Assembly (NCBI GenBank): GCA_963771885.1
Contig: CAVYVF010000010.1
Span: 1-62,199, forward strand
Direction of reading: 5' to 3'
DNA: 62,199 nt
Origin: Candidatus Bathyarchaeota archaeon
GTDB lineage: Archaea > Thermoproteota > Bathyarchaeia > TCS64
A model generated the notes under the pieces. That model ran no database searches, was not told the DNA's origin, and saw only the letters and a program-made list of their open reading frames with translations. This document shows, piece by piece, positions 61,454 through 62,199 of this stretch. The position numbers were made by a program, and so were the translations under genes. Each line of letters starts with the position of its first letter. Position 1 is the first letter of the stretch.

Positions 61454-62199
61454 ATGGAACAGAAGCCACTTACCCTGTTAATAACAGGCATAGTTGTGGG
61501 GGCTCTATTAGGCTTTGGAGCCGGATACGCGGTTTATAATAGCCAGATAGCCGATATTCAACTTCGGTACATCACGCTTTCTAGCCAATACCAGGTACTA
61601 ACTACACAGATGGGTACACTACAAGCAGATTATAATGAACTGAAGGCCCAAAATGAAACACTGACTAATACATACAACGAGCTTAGTAGTGCTAACCAGC
61701 AACTACAGACAAATTATAGCAGCATGAAGAGTTTCGTCGGAGTCCTCTCAGAGGACGTGAGAGCACTAAACGAAACACTGTATACCTATGGCTTCCTACC
61801 TGAAGCATTCAGCCGCACACTGAGTAACAGCGAGGTCCAGTCTCAGAATGTGACCTTTCAGGTATCAAGAATAAATGCAAATGAGCCAATACCGCTCGCA
61901 GCCTACGGAAACATATACGCATATGTTATCGAATTCACGAAAACCTCGACCCTAAACAGCTTCCCATACCTCAACCCGTCATACGATGTCTTCGACGGGA
62001 CAAGATACATATCCACATTCGAAACCGAGTTTCATGAAAACTACTTCAAAACGCCCACAGAAACTATCAGCCACCACGAGGGCAACGCAGTCGACCTAGG
62101 GACATTACAGTACGCCATGATGAAAAACTATCAACAAAACATCATGAAAGGCACACAGACGATCTACCTTGGCATACTCGACTTCAATGATGGCACACA
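61454..62199 (+). CDS. Membrane-anchored coiled-coil protein with transglutaminase-like region (partial)
   Basis: Manual translation: MEQKPLTLLITGIVVGALLGFGAGY, heptad Y..L repeats, YFKTPTETI....GNAVD. Confidence 0.7.
   Translation, partial: MEQKPLTLLITGIVVGALLGFGAGYAVYNSQIADIQLRYITLSSQYQVLTTQMGTLQADYNELKAQNETLTNTYNELSSANQQLQTNYSSMKSFVGVLSEDVRALNETLYTYGFLPEAFSRTLSNSEVQSQNVTFQVSRINANEPIPLAAYGNIYAYVIEFTKTSTLNSFPYLNPSYDVFDGTRYISTFETEFHENYFKTPTETISHHEGNAVDLGTLQYAMMKNYQQNIMKGTQTIYLGILDFNDGT

Noticed and set aside
1..62199. CRISPR array, rRNA, transposase or intact phage/defence genes
   Set aside because: No regularly spaced repeats, rRNA-like sequence or recognisable motifs seen

Overview
Archaeal genomic DNA; gene content and protein families suggest Bathyarchaeia or a related TACK lineage (inference). 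Single-base frameshifts are frequent even in conserved genes (rtcB, dph5, tatA), which points to uncorrected long-read indels, so many genes below are reconstructed across frames with approximate ends. 1-6.8 kb is a housekeeping block (amidohydrolase, rtcB, riboflavin kinase/regulator, ribL, dph5-DUF357, rnp4) ending in initiator tRNA-Met. A truncated integrase-like frame reads through that tRNA. From about 7 to 54 kb is a mosaic accessory region: a 1.2 kb duplicated regulator module, four ArsR/DUF1724-type regulators, four copies of a small unknown protein, oxidoreductases and hydrolases, a dsRBD-less RNase III, a Tat-exported multicopper oxidase with NosL/MerB-like and ABC genes, a ccmF facing a CxxCH protein, and four paralogous Trp-rich two-domain proteins around an HTH/beta-helix fusion. 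The right end holds an eL33(L35Ae)-DUF4332 fusion, phoU/pstS, an HD protein, an ABC1 kinase and an atypical M20 protein. The most conspicuous unexplained DNA-level signal is short alternating purine-pyrimidine tracts at most module junctions.
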